Below, piece after piece: positions 36,624-45,265 of a DNA stretch of 64,000 nucleotides. Both the position numbers and the translations under genes were made by a program. The DNA is from Armatimonadota bacterium (GTDB taxonomy: Bacteria > Armatimonadota > Hebobacteria > GCA-020354555 > CP070648). Under the pieces are notes generated by a model. It worked only from the letters and a program-made list of their open reading frames with translations. It had not been told where the DNA came from and made no database searches. Position 1 is the stretch's first letter, and the number at the start of each line of letters is the position of its first letter. The stretch covers positions 2,544,152-2,608,151 of the forward strand of contig CP070648.1 in assembly GCA_020354555.1 (NCBI GenBank), written 5' to 3'.

Positions 36624-37618
36624 GCGCCGCGCTCCATTTCGCGCATGACGAGCACGGAAGCGCCGACGATGCCCGCGTCATCGCCCAGTTCCGCGGGTAC
36701 GATGCGCGCCGAACTCGCGGGTACCATCATGGCGCGTGCCGCAACCACCCGGCGGGCGGGCGCGAGGAGCACCTCTCCGGCCTGCGCGATGCCGCCGCCG
36801 ACGACCAGCACCTCGGGGTTGTAGAGCGTGATCAGGTTGGTCAGGCCGACGCCGACGTAGTGCCCCGTCTCCGCCATCACTTCCACGCACAGGCCGTCGC
36901 CCTCGCTCGCGCATTCCACGATAAGGGCCGGGGTGACGCGCGAGATGTCGTACTCAATACGCTCGCCGAGCAGGCTCTCGCGGCCGGTTTGCAGTTTGAC
37001 GATGGCGCGGTCAATGATGGCGTCGCGACCGGCGAGCGCTTCCCAGCAGCCGTGGTTGCCGCAGCCGCATTTCGGCCCGTTGACCTCAATCACCATGTGT
37101 CCGACTTCGGCGAAGCCCTCGGTCGAACCCAGGCGCAGTTCGCCGTCGCTGACGACGCCGCCCCCAATGCCGGTTCCGAGGGTGATCATGACCATGTGCC
37201 GGGCGCCCTTGCCGGCGCCGAAACGGTACTCGCCGAGGGTGGCCGTCTTAACGTCGTTGAGCATGAAGGTGGCGACGCCGAGCGCGGCCTGAACGGGTTC
37301 CGTCACCGCGACGTCGCGGCAGTCCGCGAAGTTTGGTGAGAAGTGGCAGATCCCCTGCGGCGAATCGTGGAGACCGGGCACCCCCATGCCGATGCCGCAC
37401 AGATCCTGAGCCGTGATGCCGTGCTCTGCCATCGCCTCGCGCAATGCCTCGACAACCTGCTCGAGCGTCTTCGGCATGCCCTGATCGGCGAGCGCGGGGC
37501 GGCGCGCGTCACACAGGATGTGCGCTTGCTTGTCGAGGATTCCGGCGCGCACGTTGGTGCCGCCGATGTCTACGCCGGCGACGTACTGCGCCTTCGGGTT
37601 CGGCTTGAGCTGAGCCAT
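36620..37618 (-). CDS. ROK-family glucokinase / sugar kinase
   Basis: 'AGVDIGGTNVR' and the zinc motif 'CGCGNHGCWEA' are present. ATG 37618 follows GGAGG, and there is a 4-nt overlap with the epimerase gene. Confidence 0.9.
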   Translation of the reverse strand: MAQLKPNPKAQYVAGVDIGGTNVRAGILDKQAHILCDARRPALADQGMPKTLEQVVEALREAMAEHGITAQDLCGIGMGVPGLHDSPQGICHFSPNFADCRDVAVTEPVQAALGVATFMLNDVKTATLGEYRFGAGKGARHMVMITLGTGIGGGVVSDGELRLGSTEGFAEVGHMVIEVNGPKCGCGNHGCWEALAGRDAIIDRAIVKLQTGRESLLGERIEYDISRVTPALIVECASEGDGLCVEVMAETGHYVGVGLTNLITLYNPEVLVVGGGIAQAGEVLLAPARRVVAARAMMVPASSARIVPAELGDDAGIVGASVLVMREMERGA

Positions 37619-37805
37619 GGGAGCGCCTCCGTCGAAGAAAGCCAGCGGCCGCTTCCGCTGGGAATGGCTGTTCGACAAAGACGCGGCCGTTCCCTGCGAG
37701 TCGCGGGGGCGGTGTGCAGCGGACCGGCCGCCGACCGCCGCCCCTGCGCACTATTAGTGGTTTAGGCCACCGTTCTGCGGTTACACAGCCGCGCCTCGCC
37801 GTCAA

Positions 37806-37834
37806 TTGACACTCCCCCGAGTGTTGTCTATAAT
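37806..37834 (+). promoter_or_regulatory. consensus sigma70 promoter (TTGACA-17-TATAAT)
   Basis: TTGACA at 37806-37811 and TATAAT at 37829-37834, both perfect hexamers. The ORF-track 'start' at 37806 is the TTG of the -35 box. Confidence 0.65.
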
Positions 37835-37892
37835 GTTCGTGGCGGAGGGAACGGGCTCGGCGCCCATCGGCGTGCGCCCTCCGCCGTTTGCC

Positions 37893-38879
37893 ATGATAGT
37901 CCTTGAAGAACTGTGCCCTGATATCGCGTCGGATCTCGAGTGCGTGGCGGCCGAGGTGGCTGCGATCGCGGCCGGCGACCAGATACCGGTAGCCGAGGCC
38001 GCCCGCCACCTGGCCGCGACCCCTGGCAAGCGACTTCGGCCAGGGCTGCTGCTGCTCGCCGCGCGGGCGTGCGGTTACGCCGGGCCGGCGTGCATACTCC
38101 CGGCGGCTGTGATCGAAGTCCTGCACGGGGTATCGCTGGTTCATGACGATGTGATTGACGAAGCCGACACGCGTCGTGGAATGGCCTCCACGCGCGCGGT
38201 GTGGGGCAACAAGATGGCGGTGCTGCTGGGCGATCACCTGCTCGCGGGCGCCTTCAAGCGGTTGACGGAGAGCGGCGAGCGCCTGGTCATGATGGAGATC
38301 GCCGACACCGCGCGGGAAATGTGCCGCGGCCAAATCCGGGAGACGATGTTGGCCGGCCTGGATCTGACCGAGGCGCAGTACCTCGACATCGTGTCGGAGA
38401 AGACCGCTTCGCTCTTCGCGGCGAGTTGCCGCCTCGGAGCCGCCGCCGCCGAGGCGGGTGAGCGTGAACGGCAGACGCTTGATTCCTTCGGCAGGCGCTT
38501 CGGCATTGCCTACCAGATCGCGGATGACGTATCCGACCTCACCGGGGTGCCGGAGGCCATGGGCAAGCCGGTGGCGCGGGACCTGGCGCAGGGCCAGATC
38601 ACGCTCCCCATCATCCACGCGCTGCGCGACGGCTCGCCCGCTTCGCGTGACGAACTGAGGGCCATCCTCAACGGCCAGGTGGGCGCAGGTGTGGATCTGG
38701 CGCGCATACGCGAGGTCATCGCTGAGGCCGGGGGCTTCGAATACGCGACGGGCCGCATTCGGCGCTTCGCCGACGAGGCGGCAGACCAGCTCGTCGAGCT
38801 GGCGGAGTCGCCGGCGCGCGAGTGTCTTCTCGCCCTCACCCGCGACGCACTCGCAGCACCCATCACTACCCGGAACTGA
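37893..38879 (+). CDS. trans-polyprenyl diphosphate synthase (IspB/HepT-like)
   Basis: The FARM is 'LVHDDVIDEADTRRG' and the SARM is 'IAYQIADDVSDL'. The start is re-set to ATG 37893, downstream of the promoter. Confidence 0.9.
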   Translation: MIVLEELCPDIASDLECVAAEVAAIAAGDQIPVAEAARHLAATPGKRLRPGLLLLAARACGYAGPACILPAAVIEVLHGVSLVHDDVIDEADTRRGMASTRAVWGNKMAVLLGDHLLAGAFKRLTESGERLVMMEIADTAREMCRGQIRETMLAGLDLTEAQYLDIVSEKTASLFAASCRLGAAAAEAGERERQTLDSFGRRFGIAYQIADDVSDLTGVPEAMGKPVARDLAQGQITLPIIHALRDGSPASRDELRAILNGQVGAGVDLARIREVIAEAGGFEYATGRIRRFADEAADQLVELAESPARECLLALTRDALAAPITTRN

Positions 38880-38911
38880 CCCTCGTGAATACCGGCCGTC
38901 GGCCTGACTCC

Positions 38912-40354
38912 ATGCTCAGTCCAGGCGCGTCCGCGCTTTGCGTGCTGGCGATCCCACTACTCTGTCTGCTCTTGACCCCCGCGGCTGCGGATCCGTACGT
39001 GGCATTGGCGGAGGCACGCGCGGCCGCCGCGCGCGGTGACCGGGAAGCCGCCATCACTCACCTGGAGCAGGCCGTCGCCGAAGACGACGGTCTCGCGCTT
39101 GCCCATCGCTGGCTGAGCAGGTTATACGCCGAGAAGGGACTGCACGAGAAGGCGCTCGACAGCGTCGCCGCGGCATGGCTCCTCGACCCGGATCCCCGCG
39201 ACGGCGAGCACATGCAACGCCTCCTGGAGGAACGCTTCCCTCGGTCCATGGCTCGGCGCACCGCCAAGGCCATCCCTTTCACGAAGGCCCGAATCGCTCT
39301 CGAACTCGTCGAGCGCGGTTGCGGCGCAGCCGCCCACCTCCGCGAGGCGCTCTACTTCCCAGGCGATGATCGCGATGCTCCTGCGACGGATCCCCAGTTC
39401 GGCTGGCGCTTCGACCGAGCGTGTTACGGCTATGTGCTCGATCCCGAGGTCGGCCGGTGGAGTCTGACGTTTGTCGTGCACTACAGCTCCGCCGCAGGCG
39501 CGACGCGCCGGGAGACGGCGGGCCATTGCACGGCGCTGCTGCTGCGGGCCGCGTGCGCGCGCGAGGAGCACCTCGGGCCGGTCGGACCGCCTGGCAGACC
39601 GCTCGACGTGTGGCTCGCGGAGCTGGGCCGGGCCGGTGCGGAGACCTCGGGCGGCAGCATCTACCTGCTCGACGCGGCCCGCGAGCGGCATCCGGGCGAG
39701 TGGGTGCGCCAGGTGATCCACGAATGCGGCCACGCGGCGCTGCCCGGCGTGAATCATTTCGACGAGCCCGAACCATGGGCGAACGGGAGGCTCGGCGAGC
39801 ATCTCTTCTCCCGCTGGCTCACGGACCGCAGGGCAAGTGCGCCGGAGCATCCGTGGCTCTCCGCCGCCGACTTCGCGCCGCTCATCGCGGACGCCGAGCG
39901 GTGCATGCACCTCTTTCTGCAAACCGGCCCGGGATCGTCCTTGCTCGATGATGCTTCGGCGAGGGGGATGGACTACTACCTCGGCTATGCGAGCTACCTC
40001 GAGCGAGCGTTCGGCGGGCGGCTTCTCGCGAGTGCGATGCGCCTGACGGCCGGCAACGCGAGCCGCGATTTCGCGGCAGGCGTGGAAGAGGCGCTGCGCC
40101 GGGCATCCTCGACTGGTATCGAGTTGCGGGCCGTCCAGCGACCGACTGAGGGCGATGTCGCCCACTGGGTCTATCTCCCCGCGGGCGCGTGGCGCGCGGT
40201 TTGTAAGGGATGCGGTGCGGCGACTGCGTTCAACGGGCATCTGCTGGGCGGCGAGGATGGTGACGTCGGCCGGCTGGACGGGGGTTGGCACTCAGTGGTT
40301 CTGCCCCCCGGCGCGGTCGTCACATTCCGCCCCGCCGCGGCAGAGCAGCGTTAG
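38912..40354 (+). CDS. secreted hypothetical protein with an N-terminal TPR-like repeat and an HEXXH motif (putative zincin)
   Basis: It has a signal peptide 'ALCVLAIPLLCLLLTPAAA', a TPR-like segment 'ARGDREAAITHLEQAVAEDD...' and 'VIHECGHAALPG'. Confidence 0.5.
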   Translation: MLSPGASALCVLAIPLLCLLLTPAAADPYVALAEARAAAARGDREAAITHLEQAVAEDDGLALAHRWLSRLYAEKGLHEKALDSVAAAWLLDPDPRDGEHMQRLLEERFPRSMARRTAKAIPFTKARIALELVERGCGAAAHLREALYFPGDDRDAPATDPQFGWRFDRACYGYVLDPEVGRWSLTFVVHYSSAAGATRRETAGHCTALLLRAACAREEHLGPVGPPGRPLDVWLAELGRAGAETSGGSIYLLDAARERHPGEWVRQVIHECGHAALPGVNHFDEPEPWANGRLGEHLFSRWLTDRRASAPEHPWLSAADFAPLIADAERCMHLFLQTGPGSSLLDDASARGMDYYLGYASYLERAFGGRLLASAMRLTAGNASRDFAAGVEEALRRASSTGIELRAVQRPTEGDVAHWVYLPAGAWRAVCKGCGAATAFNGHLLGGEDGDVGRLDGGWHSVVLPPGAVVTFRPAAAEQR

Positions 40355-40389
40355 GCGCCCGAACACCGCTGGGCGAACCCGCGCCGCAG

Positions 40390-41670
40390 TCAGTGGCCAA
40401 GCAGAATCCGTGACTCCTCCAGCAGGTCGAAGCACACGTAAGCCCGCCCCGCGTGCCACGCCCAGGTCCGATCGCGCAGCCCGGTCAGAGATGCGACAGG
40501 CCGGAGCCTGTGACCGTTCGCCGACACGCGCGCGGGCCTGCGCGCGACGGGGACGCTTACCGTGAAGCGGGGGCACGCGAACGGCGATCGGATGAGGATG
40601 CCATCAGTTGTCAGGCGTGCGCGGGCCGTCTTGGCGGCGGCGAAGTACCGCGCCATTTCGCTGCACTTCAGCCAGATAATGCGCGGGCCGAGTATCTTTC
40701 GCGTCCGCCTCAGGACGCGGCCGAGGACGGTTAGACCGGCCTCCGTGCCGTTAGAGTACAGCGACTGCCAGTGGGTGAGCACGGCGAGGAAGCTGCCGCT
40801 GTCTACGAGATCCACCAGTCGGCCCTGGCCCTGCGTGGTCAGATAGAGGTCGGTTCTCCGGCGCAGATACGGCTCGTCATCGCGCATGGTGTCCTGCGTG
40901 TCCCACAAGTGATCGGAGCAGCCCACGACGACGTGCACGACACCCTCGCCGGATGCACGGCGCATCACCATCAACCGCGGCAGGACTCGCCGGCGACTAC
41001 TGCTCGCCAGGAAATACCATGTGAGTGAGCGGCCGTTCACCTGCTGCTGCGCCCGCAGCGCCGCCTCCGCGTAAGCCGGTTCCACCTCACTGCCGAAACT
41101 CCACGGCGACGTGAAGCCGTTCGGATCGAGACTCGCGCGCTCCAGGATAGCGGCGCCGTGCGCCAGATAGCGGGTCAGGGACTCCACGCCCTGATGCCGC
41201 GACCACGCGTTCTCGTTCTCCGGCAGCCGCCGACCCGTGTCGAGGTCCAGGGCGTGTCCGTGCGTCACCATTTCCGGCGTGATGTCGAAGTCGGCGCTCA
41301 AGCGCGAGCGCACGGTGCGGATGAAACGCATGCAGTCCCGTCTGGGGCAGTCGCGGAATCCCCGGTCGATCTCGCCGAGCCCGAACGGATTCGGAACCAC
41401 GGAGAACTTGCCCCTCGCGCCGCCGTCTTTCACGACATCGCAGAAGCGGTCGAGGAAGTCCAGCGGGATGGTGCGCGCGAGTGGCTGCCCCGCGCTGTTG
41501 TGGGGGCGCTGGTGGCCGTCGAAGAACTTGCGGTGGTAGTACAGCGGATTCAAGCCCGGCATCGGGTCGTCCACCAGCAGCGCCATGGGCGCGCGGAGCA
41601 TGGGCAACTCCACTCGCACCCCCGGCGGCATGCTTGCGATGTGCGGCGGCAGGTCGTCCGCAGTTCTCAC
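40390..41670 (-). CDS. hypothetical protein (426 aa), translationally coupled to the transglutaminase-like gene
   Basis: The GTG start overlaps the upstream TGA (GTGA at 41667-41670). The upstream part of ORF 40390..42258 is an out-of-frame read-through into the TgpA gene. Possible metal-ligand motifs are 'LLVDDPMPG' and 'MVTHGHALD'. Confidence 0.6.
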   Translation of the reverse strand: MRTADDLPPHIASMPPGVRVELPMLRAPMALLVDDPMPGLNPLYYHRKFFDGHQRPHNSAGQPLARTIPLDFLDRFCDVVKDGGARGKFSVVPNPFGLGEIDRGFRDCPRRDCMRFIRTVRSRLSADFDITPEMVTHGHALDLDTGRRLPENENAWSRHQGVESLTRYLAHGAAILERASLDPNGFTSPWSFGSEVEPAYAEAALRAQQQVNGRSLTWYFLASSSRRRVLPRLMVMRRASGEGVVHVVVGCSDHLWDTQDTMRDDEPYLRRRTDLYLTTQGQGRLVDLVDSGSFLAVLTHWQSLYSNGTEAGLTVLGRVLRRTRKILGPRIIWLKCSEMARYFAAAKTARARLTTDGILIRSPFACPRFTVSVPVARRPARVSANGHRLRPVASLTGLRDRTWAWHAGRAYVCFDLLEESRILLGH

Positions 41671-43838
41671 GAGCCGTGATCCTCCCTCTCCGTTCGCTCT
41701 CGCGCGCGCCGCAGCAGAAGCTTGCGCATCGTTAACACGGTGTGCAACCCGTCCGCAATGCCGGCGGCATCGGCGCGCTCCAGCGGCCGCCCACTGTACT
41801 CCGCCGCGAGGTACGTGCCGATGACGCCGCGGATGACCTGGGCCTGCGCGCCGAGCGTCTGCGCCAGGCCGGCGGCGTACTCGCTCGCCGTGGCGCCGGG
41901 CGGCTTGGGCAACCCCCAGGCGGCAAGCCATCCGCACATGCGATCGTAACTGCGACGCACGTATTGCCGAAGCTGCTCGGCATCCGATGTGCGAGGCAGC
42001 GGGAGCGGCTTGTCGCGGCGCAAATAGCGCACCCCCAGAATGACGAGCACCAGAGAAGCCACGATCCCCGGCAGCTTCCACCACCATCCCGGCGTCGCGA
42101 CCAACGCACGCAGCGGCGCAAGCGCCGCGCGCCTGACCCGCTGCAACGCCTGGCTCATAGCCTTCTGTGCCCGCTCGAGCAGCGACGGTTGCCGGCCCGG
42201 CGCCGGGCTCGGATCCAGCTCGAGCCAGCCGTAGCCGTCTATGAACACCTCGACCCAACTGTGAGCGTGCTTTTCGCGCACGACGTACCAGCCGGTTTCC
42301 TCGTCATCTTCGTCGCTGCTGAACCCGGCAACCACGCGCGATGGGATGCCGTTGAGCCGGGCGAGGACCGCCGAGGCGCTCGCGAAGTAATCGCAGTACG
42401 CGCCGTCCATCTCGTGCAGGAAGTAGTCCACATAGTCGCCTACCTCCGCCGGCGGAAGCTCGACGCGCTCACGATAGACGAAGTTGCTCTCGAGATAGGC
42501 ACGCAAGGCGATCGCGCGGTCGCGGTCGTCGCGCTCGGCGGCGGTGATCTTACGCGCCAGGCGCCGCGTACGCGCTGGGATCTCGGGCAACGCCAGGTAG
42601 CGTTTGCGCTCTTCGTCGGCCATAGTCACGCCCGGCCGGTATACAGCGGCGCCAGGTGCCGTCTTGCGCTGCGAGACGACAGTGTACACGGTGCTCGAGC
42701 GGAACGGCGCTGCGTTGGTCAGCACTGATGAATCGCTGACGCGCGGGTGGAAGAACGGACCGGAGAGGGAGCGCGGCTCGTAGGCAGCGACGACGACGCC
42801 TTGCATCGGGACTGCGAGATGGAAGACTTGCCTCAAGTCGCTGCTCGGCACGCCGGCCGCGATGCCCATATCTCTGGTTGGCACGGACCACGAATCGCCC
42901 TGCCGCTCGAGCAGAACTCGGTACGGTGTGCTCTCGGTGCGCCAGCCGCGGCCGGTATAAACGTCGAGAGTCTCCGCGCGCCACAGTGCGCTTTCCGTGG
43001 AGTCGACCCGGAACACGATGTTGTTGCGTAGCGACAGCCCGTCGCTCAACACCATTTGATTCGACCAGCGGGGCACGACCCACGAGGGCGCGGCGATCTG
43101 AAGTATCTGCCGCGTGATGATGTACGGGAGGTAGTTGCTGTAGCGCATCATCAGGGCGCGCGGCAGGTTGATCCAGCCGAAGACGATCGCGGCGACGAAG
43201 GTGGCCGGGACGAGCACGAGCCACATCGTCGAGATGCCGCCGGCGAGGAGTGATCGGCGGCGCGGCGGCGCGAGCAGGCGTGCGTCGCCGCGCTGGCCGA
43301 GTGACTCCTGGTGGTTGAAGGCAAGCAGATAGAGCGCGCCGAGGAAGAACAACAGCAGGGAGATGATGATGCCGGCGCCGCGTACGATGATGGACGATAG
43401 CAGTAGCGTGCTCACCGCGGGGACGACCGTGAGGGTCAAGTCGCGGTCGGTCAGCAGCGAAAAGCTGCGGAACATCGCGACCGTGATGAACATCTGGATG
43501 ACCAGTGCGACGGCAACTCGGTCATCGATGAACAACGCAATACTCACGAGGTCCCCACCGGACGGCAACTGGATGCTCCTGAGCATGCTGAAGATGAAGA
43601 CGAGGCTGACGCCGACGATCATGATGTTGAGGATGCGTCGGTTGGCGTTCGCGGCCCGCAGGTACATACTCGCGGGCGTGCCGATCGCCACGAGCACCAG
43701 GGCGACGTAGGGGAAGAACGATAACAGGTAGATCGGCCAGGCAGACAGGATCGCCGCGACGGTCACGAGCGCCGCAGCGCCGTACGGCAGCCACTGTTCG
43801 GTCCAGTATGCTTCCTGGCGTGCGCTTGCTAAAGCCAT
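41667..43838 (-). CDS. transglutaminase-like membrane protein (TgpA / DUF3488-type)
   Basis: The N-terminus is multi-TM. The transglutaminase core is 'GAYCDYFASASAVLARLNGIPSRVVAGF...HAHSWVEVFIDGYGWLELDPS', giving a Cys-His-Asp triad. Confidence 0.85.
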   Translation of the reverse strand: MALASARQEAYWTEQWLPYGAAALVTVAAILSAWPIYLLSFFPYVALVLVAIGTPASMYLRAANANRRILNIMIVGVSLVFIFSMLRSIQLPSGGDLVSIALFIDDRVAVALVIQMFITVAMFRSFSLLTDRDLTLTVVPAVSTLLLSSIIVRGAGIIISLLLFFLGALYLLAFNHQESLGQRGDARLLAPPRRRSLLAGGISTMWLVLVPATFVAAIVFGWINLPRALMMRYSNYLPYIITRQILQIAAPSWVVPRWSNQMVLSDGLSLRNNIVFRVDSTESALWRAETLDVYTGRGWRTESTPYRVLLERQGDSWSVPTRDMGIAAGVPSSDLRQVFHLAVPMQGVVVAAYEPRSLSGPFFHPRVSDSSVLTNAAPFRSSTVYTVVSQRKTAPGAAVYRPGVTMADEERKRYLALPEIPARTRRLARKITAAERDDRDRAIALRAYLESNFVYRERVELPPAEVGDYVDYFLHEMDGAYCDYFASASAVLARLNGIPSRVVAGFSSDEDDEETGWYVVREKHAHSWVEVFIDGYGWLELDPSPAPGRQPSLLERAQKAMSQALQRVRRAALAPLRALVATPGWWWKLPGIVASLVLVILGVRYLRRDKPLPLPRTSDAEQLRQYVRRSYDRMCGWLAAWGLPKPPGATASEYAAGLAQTLGAQAQVIRGVIGTYLAAEYSGRPLERADAAGIADGLHTVLTMRKLLLRRARERTEREDHGS

Positions 43839-45067
43839 AGTCCAGCGGCTCCCAGAGCGGATGCGATGTCATCGCCGCGCCGCACCGGGCACACCGCGTC
43901 GGCGACACCGAACGCGGCGGACAAGAGACTTCCGTACGCCTCCTCGGCGGGCGGGTCCGGCTCGTCCACAAAGCTGTGGGCGGCGATGAGCACCGCGGTG
44001 ACGTGAGCGCCGGCGCCCCGCAGCATGAGCAGCGGGTAGCTCAACTGCGAATCGGCCGAGGGTGTGATGACGAAGACGGTAGAGGCAGCCGGGATTTCCG
44101 ACAGCCGCGCGCCGAGGGCGGAGGCGAAGTCCGTATTGCCGTCGCCTCTCGCCACCGCGAGGTGCTCCAGCGCCTTGTTGAGCTGATGTTCCCCGCGGTC
44201 CATGGGCAGCAGGAACCGCTCCGCGCCGGTCGAGATCAGGCTCAGGGAATTGCCCGAGGCCACGACGTGCTGAGCGAGCGAGGCGGCGATGGCAACTGCG
44301 TACTCCAACGTCGCCTGCGCGCCGGCACCGCGATGCGCCGCATCGTGGAGGTCGAGGACGATCGTCGCCGCGGTGGAAAGCCGCTGCTCGTACTCCTTAA
44401 TGGCGAGGCGCCCGGTGCGGGCAGTGGACTTCCAGTGTACTCGACGCAGGTCATCGCCGTACTGGTACGGGCGAATGCCGTAGAATTCCTGAGTCGCTCC
44501 CGCCAGGGGCGCGGTGCGAAGCTCACTCAGTCTGTACGACGAGAGGCCCTGAAGATACATATTGGGCAGCGGGAGCGGCCGCGGATAGACGATCACATCG
44601 GCTGATTGGCCGGCCTGCGATTTGCGGACGAAGAGTCCCGTGGGATCCGACCCTTCGAGTACCAGCGGCCCCAGACGATAGTGACCGCGCAGAGGGAACT
44701 GAAGTGCGCGCTTGAGGACGCCCTCGGCGGTGCCCGGCTCCGCCTGGAAGACGTACTCCGACTCCTCGGTCGTGTCTCGCGTGATGCTGCGCACCGGGTC
44801 CCTGATGAGGATAGCCTGGGATGACCCCGGGGGATGATGCACGCGCAGCGTCATCTCGAGCGGGTCGCCTTGGAACATCCGGTTGCCGGCCAGGTGTCGC
44901 GCAACGGAGATACGGCGCAGCGACCGGCGGGCGTACACGTAGGCGGCCCCGAGCAAGCAGACGGTCGCCCACCACAGGACGTACGCGGGGAAGGTGTCGT
45001 TGACGAGCGCGACGACGTAGAAGGCCGCCGAAATCAAGACGAGCATCTTCGCGTTTCGCGTCCACAT
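43829..45067 (-). CDS. DUF58 (vWA-like) domain protein
   Basis: 'RPYQYGDDLRRVHWKSTARTGRLAIKEYEQ' is present. Two N-terminal TM helices follow ATG 45067, and there is a 10-nt overlap with the tgpA-like start. Confidence 0.85.
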   Translation of the reverse strand: MWTRNAKMLVLISAAFYVVALVNDTFPAYVLWWATVCLLGAAYVYARRSLRRISVARHLAGNRMFQGDPLEMTLRVHHPPGSSQAILIRDPVRSITRDTTEESEYVFQAEPGTAEGVLKRALQFPLRGHYRLGPLVLEGSDPTGLFVRKSQAGQSADVIVYPRPLPLPNMYLQGLSSYRLSELRTAPLAGATQEFYGIRPYQYGDDLRRVHWKSTARTGRLAIKEYEQRLSTAATIVLDLHDAAHRGAGAQATLEYAVAIAASLAQHVVASGNSLSLISTGAERFLLPMDRGEHQLNKALEHLAVARGDGNTDFASALGARLSEIPAASTVFVITPSADSQLSYPLLMLRGAGAHVTAVLIAAHSFVDEPDPPAEEAYGSLLSAAFGVADAVCPVRRGDDIASALGAAGLWL

Positions 45068-45265
45068 CGGGGCAGCTCCGCCGCGCGGCTCGCCGTAGGA
45101 CTGGCGAGCCAGTGCGATGGCGAAGTTCGCCGGCTGCGCGCCTGCCTCACTGTGCCGGCGTGACGCCGCAGTACGGGTCGCCCGCCTGGGATGGAGCGAA
45201 CGATCCCGGCGCGTCCTGAGCAACCGCCCGCGCGCGCAGGCGGCGCGGTCGCACGAACGTCAGTC

